Part shown: positions 18,228 through 27,190 of the stretch, piece by piece
Position numbering within the stretch: position 1 is the stretch's first letter
Layout: the number at the start of each line of letters is the position of its first letter
Source: a virus
Lineage: Duplodnaviria > Caudoviricetes
Length of the DNA: 37,899 nt
Direction: 5' to 3' (one strand)
Virus record (IMG/VR): IMGVR_UViG_3300019874_000016
Span: 1-37,899 of that record
Program-made: the position numbers and the translations under genes
Notes under the pieces: model-generated
Told to the model about the DNA's origin: nothing
The model's input: the letters and a program-made list of their open reading frames with translations, nothing else
The model's database searches: none

Positions 18228-18601
18228 AAAACGATACAATCTTCAAACATACTTAAAGTTAAGGCTCTTTTCGTCATAACTCTATCAGTGCTTATAAGAT
18301 AGCAGTGACGAGGAGTATCAATATATATAAAATCACAGTTTCTTGGATCGAAGGCCAAATTTATAGATTTTCCTTTCCAGTTTCCGCCTGCTCTTCTTAT
18401 ATTTGCTACGTAAGATCCACTAGGAGCCTTACATGAAGTACAGATCACCTTTACTCTGTATATATTGAAATCTCTTTCCACTACCAAATCATAAAAATAA
18501 GAATTCCTAATCGGAGTGCATATGTTATCAAAAAGTCCAGATAAAATATGTATAGCTCTACAAACCACTATGTAGTTTCTGTCTATGTAGTTTTCTTTCA
18601 T
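18218..18601 (-). CDS. PD-(D/E)XK endonuclease-like protein (I-Ssp6803I / group I intron-associated type), catalytic motif atypical
   Basis: YDLVVE....YRVKV.CT and CDFIYI.....YLI pattern; KVI replaces the usual QVK. Confidence 0.55.
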   Translation of the reverse strand: MKENYIDRNYIVVCRAIHILSGLFDNICTPIRNSYFYDLVVERDFNIYRVKVICTSCKAPSGSYVANIRRAGGNWKGKSINLAFDPRNCDFIYIDTPRHCYLISTDRVMTKRALTLSMFEDCIVFRE

Positions 18602-18630
18602 TTTAGAGCTATCCTATTATTTATCCCATA

Positions 18631-18659
18631 AATATAACACGTGTCTCATTTTGAAACAA
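18631..18659 (-). promoter_or_regulatory. Leftward promoter with extended -10 and ACACGTGT palindrome
   Basis: TTGTTT-17 nt-TATATT; near-copy of 2493-2522. Confidence 0.55.
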
Positions 18660-18702
18660 TACAGATAATTAATTTAATTTAAATAGAATAGTATTATAAA
18701 TA

Positions 18703-18900
18703 CTATATTTTGTTTTGATCTTTACACTTCTTGATTCTTTCTTGAATTGCTGCTCTTATAAAAGAACTCATAGATTTTTCGGTGAGCACGCAGGCCAATT
18801 TCAAATCTATGAATTGGCACTTAGGCATCTTAAAGATTACTCTTCGACAGTCACTAGTAGTCATGTATGTTTTTATGCACCCTTCTTTAAAATATGACAA
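18703..18900 (-). CDS. Ribbon-helix-helix (CopG/ParG-like) DNA-binding protein; start may be the internal MTTSD
   Basis: RRVIFKMP..QFIDLKLAC....KSMSSFIRAAIQERI. Confidence 0.65.
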   Translation of the reverse strand: MSYFKEGCIKTYMTTSDCRRVIFKMPKCQFIDLKLACVLTEKSMSSFIRAAIQERIKKCKDQNKI

Positions 18901-18961
18901 GTTAAATTTCCGTTTATATTATCCATGCGCTATTTTTAAGGCAAACCAATAAGGAGGCTAT

Positions 18962-20893
18962 ATGCCAAAATTTGCCAGACCCAATATGTACAACGGCCGT
19001 CAATCCAATCAATCTTGGACAGGGACTGCCAGATTCGCAAATACTCAAGAAGCAGCAGCAGGAGTTGACACTCAGCTAGCTATCTCCCCAGCAACACTTG
19101 CAAGCGCAGTAGGAGCACTTGTTCCCTCGGCTAGCGCAACTGTTGAAGGTGTCGTATTCCTTACTGAGGGTACATCATCTATTTCCTATCCTGTGGCTAC
19201 TAAATTCTATGCCGATAATCTAGCGATTGCTGGCGCGCCTGCATGGTCTGAGACTGTATCGGGCATTGGACAGCTTAGCACTAGCCTAGAGGCTACAACA
19301 GGCACTAACGACAACACAGCAATGACGCCTCTAAAGGTAGCTCAAGTTTTAGGAGGGGGCGGTTCATCGCCTTCTTTTACAAACGTTCTTATTTCCGGGA
19401 CGCTTGGCGTAACAGGGCTTACATCATTAAACGGATCTGCAAACATCGTAACAGGAGCAACAGCGCTTAATTTAGGCGGTGATGCTTCTACAGGATCAAT
19501 TAATCTTGGTACAGGTGCAGGAGCTAGAACTATTACCTTAGGTAATATCACTGGCGCAACAGCCGTTGCTGTAAACACAGGTACAGGTAGTTTCACAGTA
19601 ACCACAACAGGTACAGGAGATATTGTTCTTAATTCCGACGACACAATGCTTTTAGATGCTGATGGTGTTCTAGAACTGAACTCGTCCGCAGGAGTTATTG
19701 GGATCGGTAATGATGCTGATGCGCAAAACATCAACATTGGTACAGGTGCATCAGAGAGAATTATCACTGTAGGTAACGGCACAACTGCTACACAAGTTGT
19801 AATTAATTCTGGAACTGCTGGGATAAATATCGGCACTAATGCTGTAGCTCATACAGTATCTATCGGAAGTCAAACTGGCGCTTCAGCAGTCGTAATCGAT
19901 GCTGGCACAGGCCCTATCACTATCGGCACATCAATTGCAAAAACTATCAGCATTGGTAATGGGACAGGTGCTACAGCAGTAACTGTAGATGTAGGCACAG
20001 GCGCATTAAACCTTGGATCTAACGCAGTAGCTCATACAGTAACACTAGGTTCTACAACTGGCGCAGCTTCTACAGTGATTCAATCGGGCTCCGGTGTATT
20101 AAGTGTCACTTCAACAGGTGGCGCACTAACAGTCAATTCAGGTGTAGGAGCGCTTGGTATAAGCACTGACGCTTCAGCTACAGCAGTTTCTATAGCTACT
20201 GGTGCAGCCGTTAAGACATTGATCATAGGTTCCACTAACTCAACCTCTGCTACAACGCTTCAATCAGGTTCAGGCGCTTTAGCTGTTACTTCTACTGGTG
20301 GCACATTGACTGTTAACTCAGGGACTGGCGCATTAGGCATATCAACAGATGCTTCAGCAACGGCTATCTCTATCGGTACAGGAGCAGCTGTCGTTAAGAC
20401 AATTGCTATCGGTGGTACAGGCGCTAACATTATAACCATCGGTAACACACAGACTGGCGGTTCTTTATCCATTGGCGCTGCAATGACTACAGGTACTATC
20501 ACAATTGGTGGTACAGGTCTCCAAACTGGCACCATTACTTTAGGTGGGGGAACAGGCGCTCAGATTGTTAACGTAGCTACAGGCGGAACAGGAGTAAAAA
20601 CAGTTCATATCGCAGATTCCGCTGTTGCTAACCTCGTTACCATTGGTTCGACTACCGGAGCAGCTGCAACAACTATCCAAGCAGGCACAGGCCTTATTAC
20701 AATGGCTGGTAAGGTAGCTCTTAACTCAGCTGCTGGCCCTCAAATTCTTGCTGGCGCTGGTTCACCAAGTGGATCTGTAACAGCACCACAAGGTTCATTG
20801 TACCTAAGAACTGACGGTTCAAGCGTAAGCACAAGAGCGTATATCAACACTGATTCAGCAACAACATGGACAAACATAACCACAGCAGCATAA
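18962..20893 (+). CDS. Gly/Thr-rich beta-solenoid tail fibre / adhesin
   Basis: EA..G......ISPATL and AMTPLKV fibre motifs, ~10-residue I.IG repeats, C-terminal AP.GSLYLRTDG; SD AAGGAGG. Confidence 0.75.
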   Translation: MPKFARPNMYNGRQSNQSWTGTARFANTQEAAAGVDTQLAISPATLASAVGALVPSASATVEGVVFLTEGTSSISYPVATKFYADNLAIAGAPAWSETVSGIGQLSTSLEATTGTNDNTAMTPLKVAQVLGGGGSSPSFTNVLISGTLGVTGLTSLNGSANIVTGATALNLGGDASTGSINLGTGAGARTITLGNITGATAVAVNTGTGSFTVTTTGTGDIVLNSDDTMLLDADGVLELNSSAGVIGIGNDADAQNINIGTGASERIITVGNGTTATQVVINSGTAGINIGTNAVAHTVSIGSQTGASAVVIDAGTGPITIGTSIAKTISIGNGTGATAVTVDVGTGALNLGSNAVAHTVTLGSTTGAASTVIQSGSGVLSVTSTGGALTVNSGVGALGISTDASATAVSIATGAAVKTLIIGSTNSTSATTLQSGSGALAVTSTGGTLTVNSGTGALGISTDASATAISIGTGAAVVKTIAIGGTGANIITIGNTQTGGSLSIGAAMTTGTITIGGTGLQTGTITLGGGTGAQIVNVATGGTGVKTVHIADSAVANLVTIGSTTGAAATTIQAGTGLITMAGKVALNSAAGPQILAGAGSPSGSVTAPQGSLYLRTDGSSVSTRAYINTDSATTWTNITTAA

Positions 20894-20896
20894 GGA

Positions 20897-21130
20897 ATGA
20901 CAATGCAAAAATTTGATCCTGTAGAAATTAGACAAAGAGCCTTCTTAGCATTAAAGATAGAAGGTATTGCAGTCTGTGAGATTTATTGTGAAAACACTAC
21001 CGCCCTAGGAATATTTCATGATGCTCTCATGATGGCTAAAGGATACGTAGTAGATAGGATGGTAGCTGCACATAAAGAAGAACAGGCAGCAGCTGAACAG
21101 ATGCAGAAGCAATACACCGAACACGAATAA
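20897..21130 (+). CDS. Hypothetical protein (possible fibre chaperone)
   Basis: Follows the fibre gene. Confidence 0.55.
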   Translation: MTMQKFDPVEIRQRAFLALKIEGIAVCEIYCENTTALGIFHDALMMAKGYVVDRMVAAHKEEQAAAEQMQKQYTEHE

Positions 21131-21134
21131 GTTA

Positions 21135-21153
21135 AGGGGCTTAATAAGCCCCT
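21135..21153 (+). terminator. Hairpin, possible terminator or processing site
   Basis: AGGGGCTT-AAT-AAGCCCCT; no clear U tract. Confidence 0.4.
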
Positions 21154-21194
21154 GAAATGAGCAATAATAATGTTAGCTCTCAACAGAGGTAAAA

Positions 21195-21533
21195 ATGGGT
21201 CGCATACTTCCAATCGAACTAAAAGAGTTCACGGCAACAGCTGTGACAGGTTCATATCAAGCATTTGGTACTGTTCTATCTAATCCAGCATTAAAGATGT
21301 CATTCTTTAATACATCTAATGCGGATGTTTATATATCTAAAGATGGTGTGACAAATATGTGCAGGATTCCAGCGAATGGAACACTCACATTAGATGAATC
21401 AACCCTTTATTTTAGGGGTGTAGATCAAGAGTATTACGTGCCTAAAGGTTCCCAGCTATATGTTAAACAAGTAGTAGCACCTGGTGCAAGCGGATCTATC
21501 ATCGCTCACATTGTAACGAGGGTACAGGCCTAA
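21195..21533 (+). CDS. Small beta-sandwich virion protein
   Basis: N.SNADVYIS.DG....IPANG motif; SD AGAGG. Confidence 0.6.
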   Translation: MGRILPIELKEFTATAVTGSYQAFGTVLSNPALKMSFFNTSNADVYISKDGVTNMCRIPANGTLTLDESTLYFRGVDQEYYVPKGSQLYVKQVVAPGASGSIIAHIVTRVQA

Positions 21534-22018
21534 TGTCATATGCACAACTAGGTTCTACAGGCGGAGGGGGAGGAGCTGTAACGTCTGTAACAGGCGTTTC
21601 ACCTATTACAGCCAATGGAGTATCTGGGGTCGCTCAGGTAGGCGCAGTAAGCATTGGTTTAGATAATTATAGTAATCAGACAGCTACAACTGTTAATGCT
21701 ACTCCTAATAATACAATGACCTTTGCTTTATCTGCATTACCTGCAGTTTATACTTTTGATCTTAACTATACAGCATTTGATATTACAGATAATGCAGGTG
21801 CTGGATTCTCGATTTTTGGCACTATTAGAACTGATGGTGCGACAGCCGTTCTTATTGGAACTCCCGATAAGATCATAAATATCGAAGCAGCAACCCCCAT
21901 GACAGCATCGGATGCTAATTTGGTGGTATCTGGAAACAATGCAATTTTTCAAGTGACAGGCGTAGCAGCTAAAACAATCCAATGGCGATGCATCGCCTTC
22001 ATAACTCAGGTGAGCTAA
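21533..22018 (+). CDS. Tail fibre-associated protein
   Basis: GGGGGAVTSVTG linker; C-terminal domain resembles the C-terminus of 27190-28671. Confidence 0.65.
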   Translation: MSYAQLGSTGGGGGAVTSVTGVSPITANGVSGVAQVGAVSIGLDNYSNQTATTVNATPNNTMTFALSALPAVYTFDLNYTAFDITDNAGAGFSIFGTIRTDGATAVLIGTPDKIINIEAATPMTASDANLVVSGNNAIFQVTGVAAKTIQWRCIAFITQVS

Positions 22019-23661
22019 TGGCAGGCATAAGACAAGATGTTCTTTACGGAACAAACGTAGACTTCTCTAATGTTGGCCTTCCTGCTCCAACATTGCTGAC
22101 AGATGGACAAATGCTGATTGCTACTACAGCTGCAAATGCGGGTGGTACTCACATAAATGTCGGAACTATTACCTCGACCGGAGGTTCAGTTACCATAAGT
22201 TATGACACTCCCAATATAAACTTAGAAGTAGCAGGTGGAGCAGCAGTTACAAACGTCACTTCTACAAATCTAGAAAGAACTGTTGCCGGATCATCTATAG
22301 ACCTAGAAGATCTTAGATTTACTACCGCGTATGTTGTTGATCCATCCGTTACTACTGGTTCTAAGGCTAATTATTCTACAGTAACAGCAGCTGTAGCAGC
22401 TGCGGGCACAGCGGGCGGAGGAAAAGTATTCATTAGAGCCAATACTGCTCCCTATGTAGAAAGCTTCAATCTACCTACAAATGTTACCTTATGCAGCTAT
22501 GGCAGTGATCTTCAAGGGGGCTGTAATGCCACCATTTCAGGACAAATCACTGTAACTGCCACAGGATCCGCGGGTATAGCTAATGTAAATCTGCATGGTA
22601 ACGGTGTCGATCCAAGCCTATTATTCAGTGGGTCAAATAGCGTCTTTTTCACTATGCAGAACGTTATTTTTACATCTAATACAGTAGCAGCTATCCAAGG
22701 CACAAACGCTAATGCCAATATATTATCTATCAATTGTATTGGAATAGGGGATGTTGGAGACTTCTTTGATTGCACAGACTTAGCGGCTAGCTTCTCCGCC
22801 TGTCAATTCCTTAATCAATCGGGTAATCCTGGATTCGTAGGTGTTGATGTTGGGTTACAGTTTGGTAATTCATCAATGGATACTTTCCTTACAGTATCTG
22901 GCACTTCAGCTTTGAGCATCAATAATTCTCAGATAAAGAACAACATTACTGTATCTGGTGCATCTCAATTAGGAATTGAGTATTCATCAACTCAGTCAAT
23001 CGCTTTAAACGGAACTACTCAGGCTCTCCTAGCTCAGGTAGATATTAATGCTGGATCATCTCCCGGTATAACTATTGCAGCCGGCGTAGTTGTTACAGCT
23101 GATATGTGCAGTATTAATTCTTCTAATACCAATGCAGTAGACGGAACAGGTACATTTAGATACTCGGCCATGTCATTTACTGGATCATCTTCGACTATCA
23201 ATGCCACATTAACTACTCAACTCCTTGGACTTCGTCCTTATGCATCTACAACCGATAGGGGAGTAGCCTCTTTTAATCCTGTTGACTTCACAGTTGATTC
23301 AGACGGGGAGGTATCTTTAATTCCTTCTGATAGATTCGCTTGGCATAACGTTTCAGTGAGTACCACTTTAGTTTCCTTCAACGGTTATTATGCAATCTCG
23401 CCCGGAGGAGTTCTTAGCTTTACTCTTCCACCTGTAGGAGTTCTAGGAGATACAATTAAGATTTCTCTGTCAGGAGCTACAGGATGGATCATTGCTCAGC
23501 CTAATGCTGGTAGCCAAATAAGATATGGTTCAGTTCTTACTACAGTAGGAGTGACAGGTCAACTGGCCTCCACAGCTCAAGGTGACTCTTTAGAGCTAGT
23601 GGCTAGAGATGCTGACTTTTGGCAAGTACAGAATGACCAAGGTAATTTCCTTTATGTTTAA
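22018..23661 (+). CDS. Tailspike-like protein with pectin-lyase-like beta-helix
   Basis: TAATG-coupled start; YSTVTAAV.AA...GGGKVFI....Y.E...LPTNVTL beta-helix start; C-terminal domain shared with 23684-24277. Confidence 0.7.
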   Translation: MAGIRQDVLYGTNVDFSNVGLPAPTLLTDGQMLIATTAANAGGTHINVGTITSTGGSVTISYDTPNINLEVAGGAAVTNVTSTNLERTVAGSSIDLEDLRFTTAYVVDPSVTTGSKANYSTVTAAVAAAGTAGGGKVFIRANTAPYVESFNLPTNVTLCSYGSDLQGGCNATISGQITVTATGSAGIANVNLHGNGVDPSLLFSGSNSVFFTMQNVIFTSNTVAAIQGTNANANILSINCIGIGDVGDFFDCTDLAASFSACQFLNQSGNPGFVGVDVGLQFGNSSMDTFLTVSGTSALSINNSQIKNNITVSGASQLGIEYSSTQSIALNGTTQALLAQVDINAGSSPGITIAAGVVVTADMCSINSSNTNAVDGTGTFRYSAMSFTGSSSTINATLTTQLLGLRPYASTTDRGVASFNPVDFTVDSDGEVSLIPSDRFAWHNVSVSTTLVSFNGYYAISPGGVLSFTLPPVGVLGDTIKISLSGATGWIIAQPNAGSQIRYGSVLTTVGVTGQLASTAQGDSLELVARDADFWQVQNDQGNFLYV

Positions 23662-23683
23662 CAATTATAATTAAGGCAACAAT

Positions 23684-24277
23684 ATGGCATGGAATAATGC
23701 AGTTAACGCTAATCAAACAGGCGTACAGACAATTAACGCAGGCGTTTGGACTGGAAGTCCTTTAACGCAACATTCCGTATTAGTGGGTGGGGCTTCTAGC
23801 GCTATTACCAGCCTAACTTTAACCAACGGTCAGATCTTAATAGGTAGTACTGGTGTAGATCCTGTGCCCGCAGCCATTACCTCTGGTACAGGCATTCTAG
23901 TTGCTAACGCAGCAGGCTCTATTACTGTTAATGCAACAGGTGGTGGTTTAGCTTCAGTTGATGTAACTGGAACAACACAAGCAATGGCAATTAACACCCA
24001 ATATACAGCCAATAACGCTGGACTAGTAACTCTTACGCTTCCAGTAACGGCTGCATATGGTTCAATAATTGTCGTTACAGGCAAAGGAGCAGGTGGCTGG
24101 ACAATTGCTCAAAATGCCTCACAACTGATTCACTTTGGCTCTGTAGTTACCACAACAGGTACCGGAGGAGCGTTAGTAGCTCAAAACCAATTTGATAGTA
24201 TTAGAATAGAATGTACAGTTGCGGATACCACATGGACTGTACAAGGTGCACCTCAAGGAAACATCCTCTACGTATAA
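23684..24277 (+). CDS. Short tail fibre / adaptor
   Basis: WNNAVNANQTGVQ N-terminus; TLTLP..A..G...GGWTIAQN domain. Confidence 0.7.
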   Translation: MAWNNAVNANQTGVQTINAGVWTGSPLTQHSVLVGGASSAITSLTLTNGQILIGSTGVDPVPAAITSGTGILVANAAGSITVNATGGGLASVDVTGTTQAMAINTQYTANNAGLVTLTLPVTAAYGSIIVVTGKGAGGWTIAQNASQLIHFGSVVTTTGTGGALVAQNQFDSIRIECTVADTTWTVQGAPQGNILYV

Positions 24278-24284
24278 GGTATAA

Positions 24285-26432
24285 ATGGTAACTTGGAACA
24301 ATGCTTTAAATGCTAACCAAACCGGAGTGCAATATCAGAGCACAAGCGGAGCTTGGAGCGGCGTAGTTGGAAGTGCTGGGCTTCTGCTCACATCAAATGG
24401 AACAACTTCTGCGCCTACCTATAAGGATATCCTGCCTATAGGGGCATTAATGGAATTTACTACCGGCAGTAGTTCAACCTATCCTAATCCAAATTGGTTA
24501 GCTTGTGATGGATCTATAGTATCTCAGGCTACATATGCAACGCTATTTGGGAGAATGGGACTCATTGGAGGACCATATACTACTTGGACAGCTCAAGATG
24601 CTAAGAATGTCAGCAATACTAATAACGGCATTAATGCTGTAGCTTTTGGCGCGTCTGTGTATGTCTATTCAGGGGCTAATGGCACCGTAGGGTCTAGCAC
24701 TGATGCAATCACCTGGGTGCCCAGAAATTCTCAAACCTCATCTAGCCTTGTATCCCTAGCGTTTGGTAATTCTGCCTTTGTGGCAGGTGGTGCATCTGGC
24801 ATAACATCGCGATCCACTGATGGTATATCATGGACTACTCACGTCAGCGGTTCATCTTCCACAATCTTTGGAATGACATTCGGTAACTCTCTTTTCGTAA
24901 TGGGGGATGGCTTTGGAAATATTATCACATCCACAGACGGAATTGCCTTCAACACTCCTATAGTTGCGGCTGATTCTCCTTTCTCTGCTGTAGCATATAA
25001 TGGATCTAATCTTTTTATTGCTGCAAACGGTTGGGGAACATGGACTAGTACAGACGCCACAACTTGGTCAACAAGAAGCCCTTGCATTGTGGGGACTATA
25101 GCTGCGGGTGCATCCAATGCCTTGATCTGGAGCGGAACAAAGTGGGTTGCTTGCAACCCAAATAGAGCCATGATCTACACATCCACTGATCAGGTTAATT
25201 GGACTGTTAGAATCCCAGGAACTACTAGCGCTATAAGCTCTCTAACCTTTGGTCTAAGCACATATGTGTTTGCTGGGGGTGGTGGTGGTTTATCAACTTC
25301 CACAGATGCTATAAGCTGGACTCCTAGGACAAGTGGTGTAGCTACTTCAATAGGATGCATGACTTTTGGAACAGTCTTTGTATATAGCACTTCTGCATCA
25401 ATTCGTAGCTCTACAGATGCTATAACTTGGACGGCCCGCACATCTAATACAGCTTCAACTATCATGGGTCTAACTTATGGAACAGTCTATCTATACTGCA
25501 CAGCAGGTGGTGGATTGGGGTCAAGCACCGATGGAACCACTTGGACGGCTCGTACCTCTGGGACTGCTAATACTCTAAACTCTGTGACATTCGGAACAGT
25601 GTATGTGGCAGTAGGACTCGCGGGCACAATTCTATCAAGCACTGACGCTACGACATGGAATACCCGGGTATCGGGCAGTACTAGCACCATCTTTGCTGTA
25701 TCCTATGGAAACTCTACTTATTGTTGCGTAGGACAGAATGGGTTGATTCTCTCAAGCACAGATGCCACGACCTGGACCTATCGCAGCGCTAACGTTCGAT
25801 ATACTTTCGGTTCTTGTGTCTTTGGTAACAATGTATTCACTATCTGTACAGCGGGAGCGCAGTTACCTGGATCAGTTTACACATCGACCGACGCGATCAC
25901 TTGGGTTCATAATCAAGATACTCCTGTAGCTCAGTATGCAACCACCACCATAACATCACTAGCCTTTGGAAATAGCTTGTGGGTTCTGGGATCAAATATA
26001 GCAGCGAATACGCCAATGGTCAATTTATGCACGTCAACCGATGGCGTAACATGGACATCCCGAAATGGCAATACTACCTCTAATATAGGCGCAGTAGCAT
26101 TTGGCAACAACACTTATGCCTTTGGTGGAGTAGGTGTAGCAGGAACAAGTACAGACGGTATCACCTGGAAAACGATCAACCTTCAGACAAGCACTAATAA
26201 TCCTACTGTCATTAACGGTGTACAGCTACAAGTAATTCAATCCATGATCTATTCAACCACATTCGTAGCGGGGTATGGTGGAGGATTAAATGGAGGCGGA
26301 ATCTTTACAACAAATACCAATTACTCTTATAACACTGCAACGCAATTTCAATTGCCAACGGATGCTAATTCTAACATTACATCGCAATTGCCATCTGATT
26401 TACAACGAAAACTATTTATAAGAGCACTATGA
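24285..26432 (+). CDS. Tail fibre with tail-collar domain and Asp-box (STDGxTW) beta-propeller repeats
   Basis: PIGALM.F....P.NWLACDGS.VSQATYATLF collar motif; many S-T-D-[GA]-x-[TS]-W repeats. Confidence 0.8.
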   Translation: MVTWNNALNANQTGVQYQSTSGAWSGVVGSAGLLLTSNGTTSAPTYKDILPIGALMEFTTGSSSTYPNPNWLACDGSIVSQATYATLFGRMGLIGGPYTTWTAQDAKNVSNTNNGINAVAFGASVYVYSGANGTVGSSTDAITWVPRNSQTSSSLVSLAFGNSAFVAGGASGITSRSTDGISWTTHVSGSSSTIFGMTFGNSLFVMGDGFGNIITSTDGIAFNTPIVAADSPFSAVAYNGSNLFIAANGWGTWTSTDATTWSTRSPCIVGTIAAGASNALIWSGTKWVACNPNRAMIYTSTDQVNWTVRIPGTTSAISSLTFGLSTYVFAGGGGGLSTSTDAISWTPRTSGVATSIGCMTFGTVFVYSTSASIRSSTDAITWTARTSNTASTIMGLTYGTVYLYCTAGGGLGSSTDGTTWTARTSGTANTLNSVTFGTVYVAVGLAGTILSSTDATTWNTRVSGSTSTIFAVSYGNSTYCCVGQNGLILSSTDATTWTYRSANVRYTFGSCVFGNNVFTICTAGAQLPGSVYTSTDAITWVHNQDTPVAQYATTTITSLAFGNSLWVLGSNIAANTPMVNLCTSTDGVTWTSRNGNTTSNIGAVAFGNNTYAFGGVGVAGTSTDGITWKTINLQTSTNNPTVINGVQLQVIQSMIYSTTFVAGYGGGLNGGGIFTTNTNYSYNTATQFQLPTDANSNITSQLPSDLQRKLFIRAL

Positions 26433-27190
26433 TAAGATTATTTATATGCACACCAGCCTATTTAGGAAAAGTAAATGTGCAATATGCGGTATCCTTAGCT
26501 GAGACTTATAGAATCCTCGGCGGTTATGGAATAGATGTTAAATTCAAGCTAAGCACTTCTGGATCTCTTTTGTGTGCAGAAAGGAATAGACTAACTGAAG
26601 AGTTCATGTTGTCTGGCGCAACACATATGCTATGTATTGATGCTGATTTGGGGTGGAATGCCGAATCTGTGTTAAACATGTTCAAATACCAAGAAGATTT
26701 CGTTGTAGGCTGTTATCCAGCTAGAAGAGGTAAGGATTTTTTATTTCGTCCTATATTTAATAGTGACAATAAAATGCAAAGGAATGAAAAAGGCCTATTT
26801 CCCATGCAATATGTGCCTGCTGGGTTCATGTTGATCAAGAGATGTGTTATTGAAAAAATGAGAGAGTATTTCCCTGAACTTAAATTTGTTCCCAAGGATC
26901 AGGCCAATGCGCCTCATCCTTTTGGATATTCCCTATTTGAAACAAAGGTGATGGAAGGGGAATTTTGGGGCGAGGATTACATTTTCTGCCATAGAGCTGC
27001 GCAGGCAGGCATTAAGATTTTTTGTGATCCTACGATACAATTTGATCATGATGGAATTCAGGGGTCTTTAATCGAGGCTTTAGTGGAACAGCCCAAAAAT
27101 AATACTCAACAAATCTTAGAAAATAAATCTCCTGAGCCTATAAGTATATTAACCATAGAGCATCAAGAAACTCAACCAGAGGCTACCTAA
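26429..27190 (+). CDS. GT-A fold (GT2-like) glycosyltransferase
   Basis: FICTPAY, RN.L, THMLCIDAD (DxD), GFMLIKR, GEDYIFC.R, DP.I..DH. Confidence 0.8.
   Translation: MIRLFICTPAYLGKVNVQYAVSLAETYRILGGYGIDVKFKLSTSGSLLCAERNRLTEEFMLSGATHMLCIDADLGWNAESVLNMFKYQEDFVVGCYPARRGKDFLFRPIFNSDNKMQRNEKGLFPMQYVPAGFMLIKRCVIEKMREYFPELKFVPKDQANAPHPFGYSLFETKVMEGEFWGEDYIFCHRAAQAGIKIFCDPTIQFDHDGIQGSLIEALVEQPKNNTQQILENKSPEPISILTIEHQETQPEAT

Noticed and set aside
19342-26113. Many minus-strand ORFs opposite tail genes (also opposite the portal, capsid and 15541-17628)
   Set aside because: Antisense shadows of low-complexity coding sequence, with no RBS or motifs.
24700-26170. Periodic repeats as a CRISPR array or a DGR template/variable pair
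   Set aside because: The repeats are degenerate protein-level Asp-box units; no identical DNA repeats, cas genes or reverse transcriptase.
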